A stretch of 36,711 nucleotides of DNA. It comes from Thermoflexales bacterium. GTDB taxonomy: Bacteria; Chloroflexota; Anaerolineae; B4-G1. Under the pieces are notes generated by a model. It made no database searches. It was not told where the DNA came from and was given only the letters and a program-made list of their open reading frames with translations. Within the stretch, counting starts at the first letter, position 1; the number at the start of each line of letters is the position of its first letter. Where the stretch lies: contig SKQX01000244.1 in assembly GCA_007118795.1 (NCBI GenBank), positions 1 to 36,711 on the forward strand. Direction: 5' to 3'. This document shows positions 27,371 to 36,068 of the stretch, in pieces. The position numbers and the translations under genes were made by a program.

Positions 27371-28231
27371 GTGAAAGGTATCATCACCATCGCAGGGTTT
27401 GGAACCAGGTTTCTTCCGGCCTCGAAAGCCGTTCCCAAGGAGATGATCCCCATCGCGGGGAAGCCCCTGATCCAGTATCACGTGGAAGGCCTCGTGGCAG
27501 CAGGGATCACAGAGATCATCATCGTGGCGCGGGAGAACAGCGATGTGGTCCAGGACCATTTCTCGCCCAATCTGGATCTGCGGGAGCATCTGAGAGACTC
27601 GGGCAAGTTGGATCTGCTGGACGCAATGGAGCGTGTCGACCGCATGGCCGACATTGTCTTCGTGCGTCAGCCGGACGATCTGGCCTACGGCAACGCCACG
27701 CCCGCGCTGGCCGCCCGGAACTGGCTGACGCCTGGCGAGCCCTTCTACTACATGTTTGGCGATGACATTGTGATGGGCGACGTGCCGATCCCTGAACAAC
27801 TACTCAACACCTTCAACCACGAGGGGCCTGCCGCCGCTCTGGCCGTGCAGGAGGTCCCCGACGACGAAACCCACCTATACGGCTGTGTGGAGCTGAAGCC
27901 GGGATCCGAGAACGATATGACCCGCATCGTCGAGAAGCCCGCCCCGGGCACAGCGCCCTCGAACCTGGTACAGATTGGACACTTCGTCTTCACTCCCGAG
28001 ATCTTCGACGTGCTGGATGGCCTGGAAACGGGGAAGGGCGGAGAGCTCTGGTTGGCCGACGCCGTGGACATGCTGGCCGGCCAGTCCCGGGTGGTGGTCC
28101 ATCCTATCGATGGCATCTGGATGGCCGCCGGTGATCCGCTGCGGCAGCTCAAGGCGTGCATCGAGGTGAGCCTGCGGCGCGACGACATGCAGGAGGAGTT
28201 GACCGCCTATCTGCAGTCGCTTGAGCTTTGA
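27371..28231 (+). CDS. galU: UTP-glucose-1-phosphate uridylyltransferase
   Basis: AGFGTRFLPASKAVPKEMIPI N-terminal nucleotidyltransferase motif and VEKPAPGTAPSNL. TAAGGAG SD before GTG 27371. Confidence 0.88.
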   Translation: MKGIITIAGFGTRFLPASKAVPKEMIPIAGKPLIQYHVEGLVAAGITEIIIVARENSDVVQDHFSPNLDLREHLRDSGKLDLLDAMERVDRMADIVFVRQPDDLAYGNATPALAARNWLTPGEPFYYMFGDDIVMGDVPIPEQLLNTFNHEGPAAALAVQEVPDDETHLYGCVELKPGSENDMTRIVEKPAPGTAPSNLVQIGHFVFTPEIFDVLDGLETGKGGELWLADAVDMLAGQSRVVVHPIDGIWMAAGDPLRQLKACIEVSLRRDDMQEELTAYLQSLEL

Positions 28232-28234
28232 GGT

Positions 28235-28456
28235 GTGAACGCGACGGTAGAGTGTTACGCTGGCGCAGGCTACCCTGAGCGACCCCGGGCCCTGTTGATG
28301 GACGGCGAGCGGTTCGGCGTGGTCCAGGTGGAGCATCGTGCGCGGACACCCAGGGGCGTGCACTTCCGGGTCCGCCTGGACGATGGCCGGCGCTTCCTGC
28401 TGCGGTACCATGAAGCGCAGGATGCCTGGCGGGTGCGCGAGCTGGGCGCGCGCTGA
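28235..28456 (+). CDS. Hypothetical small protein (73 aa)
   Basis: GTG start 3 nt after the galU stop. The basic beta-rich sequence ERPRALLMDGERFGVVQVEHRARTPRGVHFRVRLDDGRRFLLRYHEAQDAWRV looks protein-like. No clear SD. Confidence 0.4.
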   Translation: MNATVECYAGAGYPERPRALLMDGERFGVVQVEHRARTPRGVHFRVRLDDGRRFLLRYHEAQDAWRVRELGAR

Positions 28457-28677
28457 CTCCAGAGGCGCCCCCCTGATTCCCTCAGAGGGTGTGGCTCCTC
28501 TCCAACCTGATCTGACACCCCCATTCGCTGGTCGGTGGCGCAGTGCCAGGTGCTGGGCTCGCGCCGGATACGTAGACTCCTGCCGTCGGACACGGTTCGA
28601 CGGGACTTGCTTCGATCGACAGCTTGAGGCGCCAGGCAGATGGTCTCGGGAGCTTCGGTAGGGGTAGCCCGGTGCTT

Positions 28678-29367
28678 CTAGTCTCTCGGGAAGGTTCCGG
28701 CCTTGTCCGCGGCCTCTGCCTCTTTCAGCAGCTCGCCTCGCTGGCGCTTTCTGTAGAAGTAGTAGAACCCCCCGGCCAGCGATAGCACGAAGACGATCTG
28801 GACCACCGTCTCCACGCCCTCCAAACCTGCCATGAAGGACTCGGTCGCCGCCAGGCCCGTGTACCCGATGTAGAGGAAGAACAGATTGCGCAACACGCTG
28901 CCAATGCCGGTCCCAATGGTGAAGACCTTGAAGTTGAGCTTCACTAGACCGCACACCACGGAGATGGGTGAGCTTGGCATCACGGGAATGCTCCGCAAGA
29001 GGATCAACGTCAGGTAGTCTCGGGCGGTACCGTTGAACCTGGATCCGATCTGTATGATCTCGCGATGCGAGACGCCCAAGAAGGACCCGAATGTGCCGAT
29101 GGCGACGTCCTCGGCGACATCGGCCACAAGATAGAGGAAGCTGGTGCCCACGACGCGCCCGGCGGCGCCTATGATCGAGACCACGATCAGATACGCGAGC
29201 AGATGGCCCTGAGCACGGACGATGCTACCGGTGATCGTCATCACGAACGGGGATGGGATCGGGGCTAGGATCTCCTCGAGGATGGTGCCCAAGAACGTGA
29301 ATAGCTCCAGGGGGATGTGGTTGGCCAGCGCTTCCAGGTAAGCCAGTAGTTGTGAGACCAGTCCCAT
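28678..29367 (-). CDS. DedA / VTT (SNARE-associated) family membrane protein
   Basis: Multiple TM spans. The N-terminal re-entrant motif region FTFLGTILEEILAPIPSPFVMTITG is typical of DedA/TVP38. Confidence 0.8.
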   Translation of the reverse strand: MGLVSQLLAYLEALANHIPLELFTFLGTILEEILAPIPSPFVMTITGSIVRAQGHLLAYLIVVSIIGAAGRVVGTSFLYLVADVAEDVAIGTFGSFLGVSHREIIQIGSRFNGTARDYLTLILLRSIPVMPSSPISVVCGLVKLNFKVFTIGTGIGSVLRNLFFLYIGYTGLAATESFMAGLEGVETVVQIVFVLSLAGGFYYFYRKRQRGELLKEAEAADKAGTFPRD

Positions 29368-29758
29368 CTTCGTGTCACTCCACTATCTGCACGGCATGAT
29401 GCCGCTCCCGGTCGATGAGCGGGTTCGACCGCTGGGCTTGCTCAGACGAAGATAGTGTAGCACGTTTCAGGCCAAGTGCCAGGGTAGTGACCGTACGTGG
29501 CTTCGGGAAGTCCGCGGGGCCCAGGCCCTCGGCCGGTGTGTGCTTCACGGGAGCGACATCCGGTCGGCCCGTTGTGGTGTGCCGGTGAAAGGTGGAGCAG
29601 AGCTGCGACCAGAACCCCTGTTGGGGCTGATGGTCCACGGTCGGGCAGCTCGCGGAGCTGAGGCTGCGGTCTGTGCGCCATGATGTGCCATCAGCCGTTG
29701 TTGTACAGAGCCCGGGCGCATCGGTCCGCTTCGTCGACCTGTGGACAACTGAGACCAC

Positions 29759-30010
29759 CTAAGGGCCACTGCTTCGACTTCTTTCCTGGGGCTCCTCGGC
29801 CTGGTCGGTTGCCTGTGCCACCCGACGTCTTACGATTTCCGGCAGTTTGTCCAGATCGTCCACGGAGCAGGTAAACCCGGAGCGGACCTCCAGCAGACGC
29901 GCCCGCACGCCACCTCCCATGCGCGCCTGGCACCGCACGATGAAGCTGATGTAGCGGGGCGGACCGGTCTCGCCTTGCTGAGAGGCATCGGTGGTTGCCC
30001 TGTCCTCCAT
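29759..30010 (-). CDS. Hypothetical small protein (83 aa)
   Basis: AAGGAG lies 8 nt before ATG 30010 (the track start at 30031 lacks an SD). Core sequence RYISFIVRCQARMGGGVRARLLEVRSGFTCSVDDLDKLPEIV, followed by an acidic/basic tail. Confidence 0.5.
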   Translation of the reverse strand: MEDRATTDASQQGETGPPRYISFIVRCQARMGGGVRARLLEVRSGFTCSVDDLDKLPEIVRRRVAQATDQAEEPQERSRSSGP

Positions 30011-30179
30011 AGCTGACTCTCCTTGGTGCAAGCACAGCGGTACCAGCCCCCGTGCTCAAGGCGCTGCCGGAAGGCCGGTCATCATCAGTGCTCTGAAAAC
30101 AAGATCGATCTCGCTGCTCGTATGATGTAGGGTGCTCGTGGGGCGGCTGTGGGGGCATCGCTGCACCCCCACCGTTAAA

Positions 30180-30213
30180 GGCGCTGTCCGGCTTGATGCC
30201 CTCGGACAGCGCC
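30180..30213 (-). terminator. Terminator hairpin downstream of the beta-helix gene
   Basis: GGCGCTGTCCG-12 nt-CGGACAGCGCC, an 11-bp perfect stem. On the minus strand it is followed by TTTAAC, 78 nt after the stop. Confidence 0.55.
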
Positions 30214-30290
30214 TCTACTTGTCATAGACGGTTTGACGAGGGACATACCGCCTGACGGTGGCTCCATCAGATGTCCCTACCAGTCTAGCT

Positions 30291-31937
30291 TCAGCGCTGT
30301 ATGAGAGGCAGGAAGACCTGACAGGGTCCAGGTTTCTGCAGGTATAGCCACGACAGGCCGGTGGTGGTGCCAGCACTCATGCCGGGGATGGTATGGTACT
30401 GGGCCGATGTGCTGGTAGTGCGGATACCGTGGCCGGGGGCGAGAGACTCGCTGAGCGTAGCCGTCCAGTGCCCCTGCGCATCGGCCGTCACCACCGCCAG
30501 AGAAGCCAACGCCTCCACCACCCCGTCTGTGTCATCCAGGAACAACTCGACGATACAGTTGGGGCACGCGCTGTAATCCCCGCTGGTGCCCTCCACCGTG
30601 GTTCCGTCAATGCTGGTCACCCTGGCCGGTCGGAACTCGCGGAACGCTGCCGGCAGGATAGGACCGAGCTGAATGGCGTCCTCCGGCTCGGGGTTACCGT
30701 CGACTTGAGGCCAGGGCCCAGTCCTGGCGATCACGTTGCTGCGGAGAGTGGCACCATCATAGAGAATGCCGTTCAGGGAGATCGCCGACAGCTGAGGGTC
30801 GATGATCTGGTTGTTCTCGACCAGCAGGTTTCTTGGGCCGTCCGAGAGATAGATGCCCCGCCCGCAAACGCCGATCGGCTGGTCGTCACCGTCAAGCCCG
30901 ATCATGTTGCCCCTGATCTCGTGCCCTTGCCCAGTCACGCGGATCGTGTCGGCCTGCAGCGACCACTGGGAGACCGCCAGCCGGATGCCGGCGAAGACGT
31001 TCCCGTGGATCACGTTGTCCCTGTCCGCAATGCTGATGCCGCTGCCGCCCAACCAGTCGACCGGTGTGCAGATAAGGCCTGAATCAGTCTGCTTCTCGGT
31101 GACCCGTCCGTCGAATCGCGTCCCGATGAAGTTCTCACTGAAGGTGTTGTTGGTTCCCCGGATGGCGGCGGCCACACCGCTCAGTCCGAGGAAGTAGTTG
31201 TTGGTCACCAGATTGTGGTCAGCTCCACCCCCTGTCGAACCGGCCGCGAAGGCGATGCCTGCGTCTCCGCTGCCGCTGGCCGGGTTGTCGCCGCGCAGGA
31301 CCGGCGCTGTGCCGGCGCTATTCAGGCCGAACCAGTTCTCCTCGATGACGTTGTGATCCGTGTTGAGATAGATGTGGGTCCTCAGATTCTGGAAGCCGAG
31401 GCCGCGGATCACGTGGTTGTTCTGGCCAGCGACGTCACCGACGATGAGCCCATCCTTCATCCCCATCCCGGGCCCACGGATGACGATTTTTGGCCCGGTG
31501 GTACGTCCTCCGGGTTGGGTCGTCCCATCTATGATGATGTCGCCGTTCAGCCGCCGGAAGATGCTGGTCCGGGTCGTGTTGAAAGTCTGGATGGTCCACA
31601 TGTCATGCACGCTATCGTATCCCTCCGCCGCTGTGGCAGGGATGTCGAAGGCGATCAGGACCGGCTTCTCAGCGGGGGGTAGATTGCGCGCCTCAACGAT
31701 GGCTCGACGCAACGTACAAGGTGTGTGGGTCACGCACGTACGGCTCATGTTATCATCGGGATCGGTCCCGCTGTTGACCGTGATCTTGGTCTTGTGGGTA
31801 TACGCCGTTTCCGCGCTTTCGACGACCACGGAATGGCTCGCAAGTCCCCGGGGACCCTCTGCGGACACCAGGACTGCCCCGAACAGCGCCACAGTCGACA
31901 CGGCAACCAGCGCCACTCTCCCTATTCTTCCCTGCAT
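30291..31937 (-). CDS. Secreted right-handed parallel beta-helix repeat protein (CSLREA-like N-terminal motif), ending in FLPLIQR
   Basis: AAGGAGG SD before ATG 31937. Signal peptide MQGRIGRVALVAVSTVALFGAVLVSAEG. CTLRRAIVEARN motif. Repeated N-x-I/V-x-x-N beta-helix rungs (HNVIEENWF, HNLVTNNYF, NNTFSENFI, DNVIHGNVF, GHEIRGNMI, NLLVENNQI). Confidence 0.85.
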   Translation of the reverse strand: MQGRIGRVALVAVSTVALFGAVLVSAEGPRGLASHSVVVESAETAYTHKTKITVNSGTDPDDNMSRTCVTHTPCTLRRAIVEARNLPPAEKPVLIAFDIPATAAEGYDSVHDMWTIQTFNTTRTSIFRRLNGDIIIDGTTQPGGRTTGPKIVIRGPGMGMKDGLIVGDVAGQNNHVIRGLGFQNLRTHIYLNTDHNVIEENWFGLNSAGTAPVLRGDNPASGSGDAGIAFAAGSTGGGADHNLVTNNYFLGLSGVAAAIRGTNNTFSENFIGTRFDGRVTEKQTDSGLICTPVDWLGGSGISIADRDNVIHGNVFAGIRLAVSQWSLQADTIRVTGQGHEIRGNMIGLDGDDQPIGVCGRGIYLSDGPRNLLVENNQIIDPQLSAISLNGILYDGATLRSNVIARTGPWPQVDGNPEPEDAIQLGPILPAAFREFRPARVTSIDGTTVEGTSGDYSACPNCIVELFLDDTDGVVEALASLAVVTADAQGHWTATLSESLAPGHGIRTTSTSAQYHTIPGMSAGTTTGLSWLYLQKPGPCQVFLPLIQR

Positions 31938-31987
31938 AGAGACCTCCTTACTTATGCTATCTGATCCATCGTATGCACGTGAGTATC

Positions 31988-32018
31988 AGTGTAGCACGGG
32001 AGTCTCTACGAAGTCTCT
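31988..32018 (-). promoter_or_regulatory. Candidate SARP-type activator site plus -10 element for the beta-helix gene
   Basis: The minus strand reads AGAGACT-tcgt-AGAGACT-cccgtgc-TACACT. Two perfect heptamers (32018-32012 and 32007-32001) have 11-nt periodicity. The promoter-proximal one ends 7 nt from a -10-like hexamer (31993-31988), about 50 nt upstream of ATG 31937. Confidence 0.45.
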
Positions 32019-32076
32019 CCGGGATGGCGCGCGCGGCCAGCCTGGGGGTGACAGACGCGGGTTTCTGGTTGGAGTT

Positions 32077-34500
32077 CTACTCGGCTCGCCGGAGGACCGC
32101 GCGGTCGCGTTGGATGGTGCGCTCGCTCACGCCAAGCGCTCGGGCTAGGTCAGCCGTGGAAGGGCAGGCCCCTTGAGCGTCTGCTTCGTCCAGGAGGCGG
32201 GCCAGGCGGGCCCGGCGCAGCGCGATGCCTCCCGCGCTCCTCTTCAGAGCCCTGTCGGGCGCTCCAGCGTCGACGGTCCACTGCACCCGCACTGCAGCGC
32301 CGTCGGAGCGGGCCGGTAACTTGACGCTGGCGACGCCCACGCCGGGAGGTGGAGCGATGCCGCGCGCCTGGATTTCCTGCATCAGACGGCGCATGGTGGG
32401 ATTACGGTGGAAGAACGCCTCGCGTCCCTCCTGATCCTCCAGCTGAGCGGCACCGGTCAGCAACTCCTCGTAGGCCCGGCTGAAGGTGGCGTGCGCGTCC
32501 TCATCCCGGCCGTTGGCGGCTAGCGCCATTGCATGGGCGTAGTAGATCTCCGGGACGACCTCTTCAGTGACGTCGCCCTGGGCCATGGCGAGCATCGCCT
32601 GACGGGTAAGCTCCAGGCCTTCGACGAGCTGCCCCCGGTCCAACTGAGCCAGGCCCTGGTACGCCAGCAGCTCGGGAATAAAGACCAGTTCGCCCATCTG
32701 CTCGCTGATCGTCTGGGCCTGGCAGAGATGGTCCAGGGCCGCCGCGGGCTCTCCGTCGACCCACAGGGCGTAGCCCAGGATGATCAGCGTCGTCGACTCC
32801 CAGTGCGGCTCGTCGAGGGCCCGGAACATGTCGAGCGCTTCCCGGGCGACCGCCCCGGCTCGGGCCGTCAGGGCGTCATCGTGATACAGCAGGTTGCATG
32901 CCATGTTGTAGCCGTTTATGGCGGTTCGCAGTGGGTCGCCGAGACATCGTGTGATCTCCCGAGCCTGCGCCATGGTGCGCAGACTGTCGGCGGAGCGGCC
33001 CAGATAGCTCTGGATCAGCGCTACTCCCTCCAGGGTCGCTGCCTCCCACCGCTCCAGACCTAGGTCGCGCCAGATGGTCAACTCCTCCTGAGCCACCGCA
33101 AGAGCCTCTCCCATGGTGTTGGTGTAGGCCAGCACGCACCGCAGACCTCGCAGCGCAGCGGCGAGATCGTACCGCAGCCCGTGTTCTAACGCGACCGCCC
33201 GTGCCTGTTGGAAGCACTCCCTCGCTCGCTCGTAGCTCCCCTGGTAGACCTGATATCCGCCTTGCTGGGTGAGGACTCGGGCGACACCGTGATGGAAGCC
33301 GCCCTGACGCGCCAGGGCCAGGGCCCGCTCCGCGATGCGAGCCGCCTGCGCTCCGTTCCCCATCCGTTGCTCTGCGCGAACCAGCACCAGCATCGCCTCC
33401 AGCTCCGTCTCCCCGTCCCTCTCTCTCTGGGCCTCCATTAACACGCCGCGGGCTAACTCGCGAGCCGTAGTGTCCTGGCGCCGTCCCTGGGCCAGCCGCG
33501 CCCACCGGAGCCTCTCCCGCACGCCGGAAGGCTCACCGCCCGCACCTTCGAGGATCGACTCTGCTTGATCGTAATCCTCCGCCAACAGGGCCACGTCCGC
33601 CGCCAACAGCCGGATCTCCCCCTCCGGACAGTCGGCCCGTGCGCGCAAGTGCTCCAGGCCCCGAGTGGCCGCCACGTGCTCCCCCCGCTGCAGGGCCTGC
33701 CGCACTTGCTCCAATGCAGTCTCCGTCGATTCTTCGCCAATGGGCAACGGCTTGCCCGCCGGTGAGGCAGACGAGGGGGACCGGAGTGCCTGGGCCAAAG
33801 CCTGAGTAGCCGGTTCGAGATCCATTCCCATTTCGTTCTGCACCAGGGAGACACAGCGCTCGTACGTCTCCAGTGCCGCCCCTCGCCGTCCCATCGCCTG
33901 GTAGCCTCTCATCAGCATCCGCACTGCCCGCTCATCGAAGGGTTCGCGCTGCACCAGGCGCTCAGCCAGGGGCACCAGTTCCCCATAGCGGCCTCTTTGC
34001 CACAGGGCATCACAGGCTTGGTGGGTGAGATGCACGTAGCGGAGGTACAGGGCCTCCCGCTCCTCCAACAACCAGTCGTCGTAGAGCCCCTCCATCAAGT
34101 CTCCGCGATACAGGGTCAGGGCGTGGAACCATCTCTCGGGATCGTCGCTGGCCGTTGCCTCGCGGAACGTGCTCACGTCCAGCCATACCGAGTCCGGCGG
34201 CAGCCGCAGCGTGTCAGAGGTTGCCTCCAGCCGCAGCGCTGGCAGCCACTGTCGCAGCTCCCACAGGGCGTGACTCAGCCGAATCCGTCCCTTTCTCTCT
34301 GGCATCTCCGGCAAGAGCTGGCCCACCAAACGGGTGCGCGACCGCACTCTGGGCTGCAGCAGGAGGACGGCCAGCAGGCCCAGGGCCCGGTACGGCGGGT
34401 GGTCCAGATCCTCACCGGCGGCGGTAGCTCTGAACTCGCCGAGCAGATAGAAGCGCAGCGAAGGGGGCGTCGAGGTCGGGTTGGCAGTGGTGGGTGTCAT
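32077..34500 (-). CDS. SARP-family (OmpR-type wHTH + BTAD) regulator with a long TPR-like region and a C-terminal HTH
   Basis: AAGGGAG lies 9 nt before ATG 34500 (the track's 34707 start adds 69 non-protein-like residues). LRFYLLGEF..., YRGDLMEGLYDDWLLEEREAL and RAVRMLMRGYQAMGRRGAALETYERC are typical of BTAD. About 450 aa of TPR-like helices follow. The C-terminus is TADLARALGVSERTIQRDRAVL. No P-loop. Confidence 0.85.
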   Translation of the reverse strand: MTPTTANPTSTPPSLRFYLLGEFRATAAGEDLDHPPYRALGLLAVLLLQPRVRSRTRLVGQLLPEMPERKGRIRLSHALWELRQWLPALRLEATSDTLRLPPDSVWLDVSTFREATASDDPERWFHALTLYRGDLMEGLYDDWLLEEREALYLRYVHLTHQACDALWQRGRYGELVPLAERLVQREPFDERAVRMLMRGYQAMGRRGAALETYERCVSLVQNEMGMDLEPATQALAQALRSPSSASPAGKPLPIGEESTETALEQVRQALQRGEHVAATRGLEHLRARADCPEGEIRLLAADVALLAEDYDQAESILEGAGGEPSGVRERLRWARLAQGRRQDTTARELARGVLMEAQRERDGETELEAMLVLVRAEQRMGNGAQAARIAERALALARQGGFHHGVARVLTQQGGYQVYQGSYERARECFQQARAVALEHGLRYDLAAALRGLRCVLAYTNTMGEALAVAQEELTIWRDLGLERWEAATLEGVALIQSYLGRSADSLRTMAQAREITRCLGDPLRTAINGYNMACNLLYHDDALTARAGAVAREALDMFRALDEPHWESTTLIILGYALWVDGEPAAALDHLCQAQTISEQMGELVFIPELLAYQGLAQLDRGQLVEGLELTRQAMLAMAQGDVTEEVVPEIYYAHAMALAANGRDEDAHATFSRAYEELLTGAAQLEDQEGREAFFHRNPTMRRLMQEIQARGIAPPPGVGVASVKLPARSDGAAVRVQWTVDAGAPDRALKRSAGGIALRRARLARLLDEADAQGACPSTADLARALGVSERTIQRDRAVLRRAE

Positions 34501-34628
34501 CGCACAGGCTCCCTTGGCTCTGTTGGCGTTCCCCCTGGTGTCGTGGCTATCCGGTCTCCGGTGGGCACTGCCGAAAGGTTCGAGGGCGTGCTCGTCGCTC
34601 CAGTGGGCGTGTCGTGCAGGTGGAGCGC

Positions 34629-34657
34629 ATTGTATATCCGACCGGAGATCGCGACAA
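34629..34657 (-). promoter_or_regulatory. Sigma70-type promoter for the regulator gene
   Basis: The minus strand reads TTGTCG (34657-34652), 17-nt spacer, TACAAT (34634-34629), about 130 nt upstream of ATG 34500. Confidence 0.45.
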
Positions 34658-35390
34658 GCGGTTGGCGGTGGGACCTGCCAATCGCCTTGGCCTGACGGTT
34701 GGCGCATGGGCGGAATGGATGGTTTGTCGGTTGAGGTGGGGGTTCAGCATCACCCGAGGGGCCCGTGAGCCCCTGCGCCGGCAGGCGTGGGCACGCTGGA
34801 GGTACGAGTCCGCGGGCTTGGGGATATCACGCTGGTGGCGATGGGTTGCGTCGGGGGGCACTGTGCTTCTCAACGGTCAAGGTCACCGCGGCGGGCGTCC
34901 TGGTTGGACCTTGTCAGTCCACTATAGGCCTATCCTTATGATAGAGGGCGCAGCCCGTCGATGATGAGAGCGCCCTGGTCGTCGATCTCCGGCCCCGCGC
35001 ACTTCGGCAAGAAGGAGGAGTTCGCAACGGACTCCGTGGACGTCGGGTGAGGGGCGCGCTGATCCCGGTGGGCCGATGTCGGATGTTCGCGGCCAGGGAA
35101 TTGATCTCCGGGAGGGACCCGTCGGTCCGTCATCAAGACCACTGTCCCAGGCTCCCAAAAAGGGGGTAGAGTCGGAGGATGAGCTGCTCACCGGCGGGTG
35201 CCAGGGGGATGAGGCCGGCCCAGCCGATGATGAACCTCTGATCCTCCAGGGCCTCCGCTGCCAGGTCTGTGGTCTGTTCCAGTGGTTCACCGGGCCAGCC
35301 ACGTCGTAGCAGCGGAGCAGGCCCTGCTAAGCAGGTGTGATCCTGGACGTCGTCCAAGCCAACCCACGGAGCGATAGGGTGCGGGTGGGA

Positions 35391-35437
35391 GGCGGCGCCA
35401 AGCCGCGCTGGCGGCGCCAAGCCGCGCTGGCGGTGCG
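35391..35437. repeat. 19-bp tandem direct repeat, about 2.4 copies
   Basis: ggcggcgccaagccgcgct at 35391-35409 and again at 35410-35428, then the partial copy ggcggtgcg at 35429-35437. Confidence 0.9.
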
Positions 35438-35567
35438 ATAACGCCGCCCCCATCCGATCGCTCACCCCAGCGTCCGGGGTAGGTCCGATGGCGTGTGGGG
35501 CCGTTGCTCCTCCATGGAGCAAGCCATCCCCGCTCGGCACGTTGAGGACCGGTGCGGCTGAATGTGG

Positions 35568-36068
35568 TTAATCTGCCCTTGCCACCAGGGGCAAGAAGTT
35601 GACGTTCGTGACCAGGAGGCCTGAGATGCGCACACTGATTCCCGTCTGACTCAATGCCGGGTTCACGAGCCGCAGGTAGTGACCGGCGGGAAGCACGAGA
35701 TAGGGCACCCGGTAGCTGGCGCCATAGCTGGCCGTGGTGACGTTACGCAGCCGTACGCTGGTCACGCTCTCGTCCTCGGCGTCCCTATTGTAGAGGTACG
35801 TCTCGGTGATGGCGTCGACATCCTGGTCACCGTCGGGTATGACGGTGATATCGGTCACGAGGAAATAGTGCCCGGTGGGCACCCGTAGATTGGAGTCGGT
35901 AAACTCGGGCCCGCTGGCCGGAATACACCGCACACTGGTGCCATACCCAGGCGCGAGCGGGGTCGTGCGGACGCAGTGCACCGGTATCCCCGTATTGCCC
36001 AAGTATGCTTGCACAGGCCTGGCCACAGCCCACCCCGCAGCAACAACCGCCAAAATGACCGCCAACAA
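35568..36068 (-). CDS. Small secreted beta-rich protein ending in FLPLVARAD; the true start is probably ATG 36097, reached through a 1-nt frameshift
   Basis: The ORF as given starts at TTG 36068 inside a hydrophobic segment (LAVILAVVAAGWAVARPVQA/YLG). Internal pseudo-repeat VPTGHYFLVTDI / LPAGHYLRLVN. See the finding on the T5 run at 36067-36071. Confidence 0.7.
   Translation of the reverse strand: MLAVILAVVAAGWAVARPVQAYLGNTGIPVHCVRTTPLAPGYGTSVRCIPASGPEFTDSNLRVPTGHYFLVTDITVIPDGDQDVDAITETYLYNRDAEDESVTSVRLRNVTTASYGASYRVPYLVLPAGHYLRLVNPALSQTGISVRISGLLVTNVNFLPLVARAD

Noticed and set aside
29375-29758. 127-aa minus-strand ORF between the 83-aa gene and the DedA gene
   Set aside because: It is Thr/Ser/His/Cys-rich and briefly looked like a possible precursor peptide. 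However, it has no SD, no recognisable leader or core organisation and no adjacent modifying enzyme. Its GC3 is no different from background.
32077-34500. NB-ARC/STAND ATPase domain in the large regulator (AfsR-like)
   Set aside because: No Walker A GxxxxGK[ST] motif occurs anywhere in the protein. The region after the BTAD domain is helical-repeat sequence only.
32225-34695. Multiple plus-strand ORFs (up to 232 aa) inside the regulator gene
   Set aside because: They are antisense frames of a long Ala/Leu/Arg-rich TPR gene and have no independent evidence.
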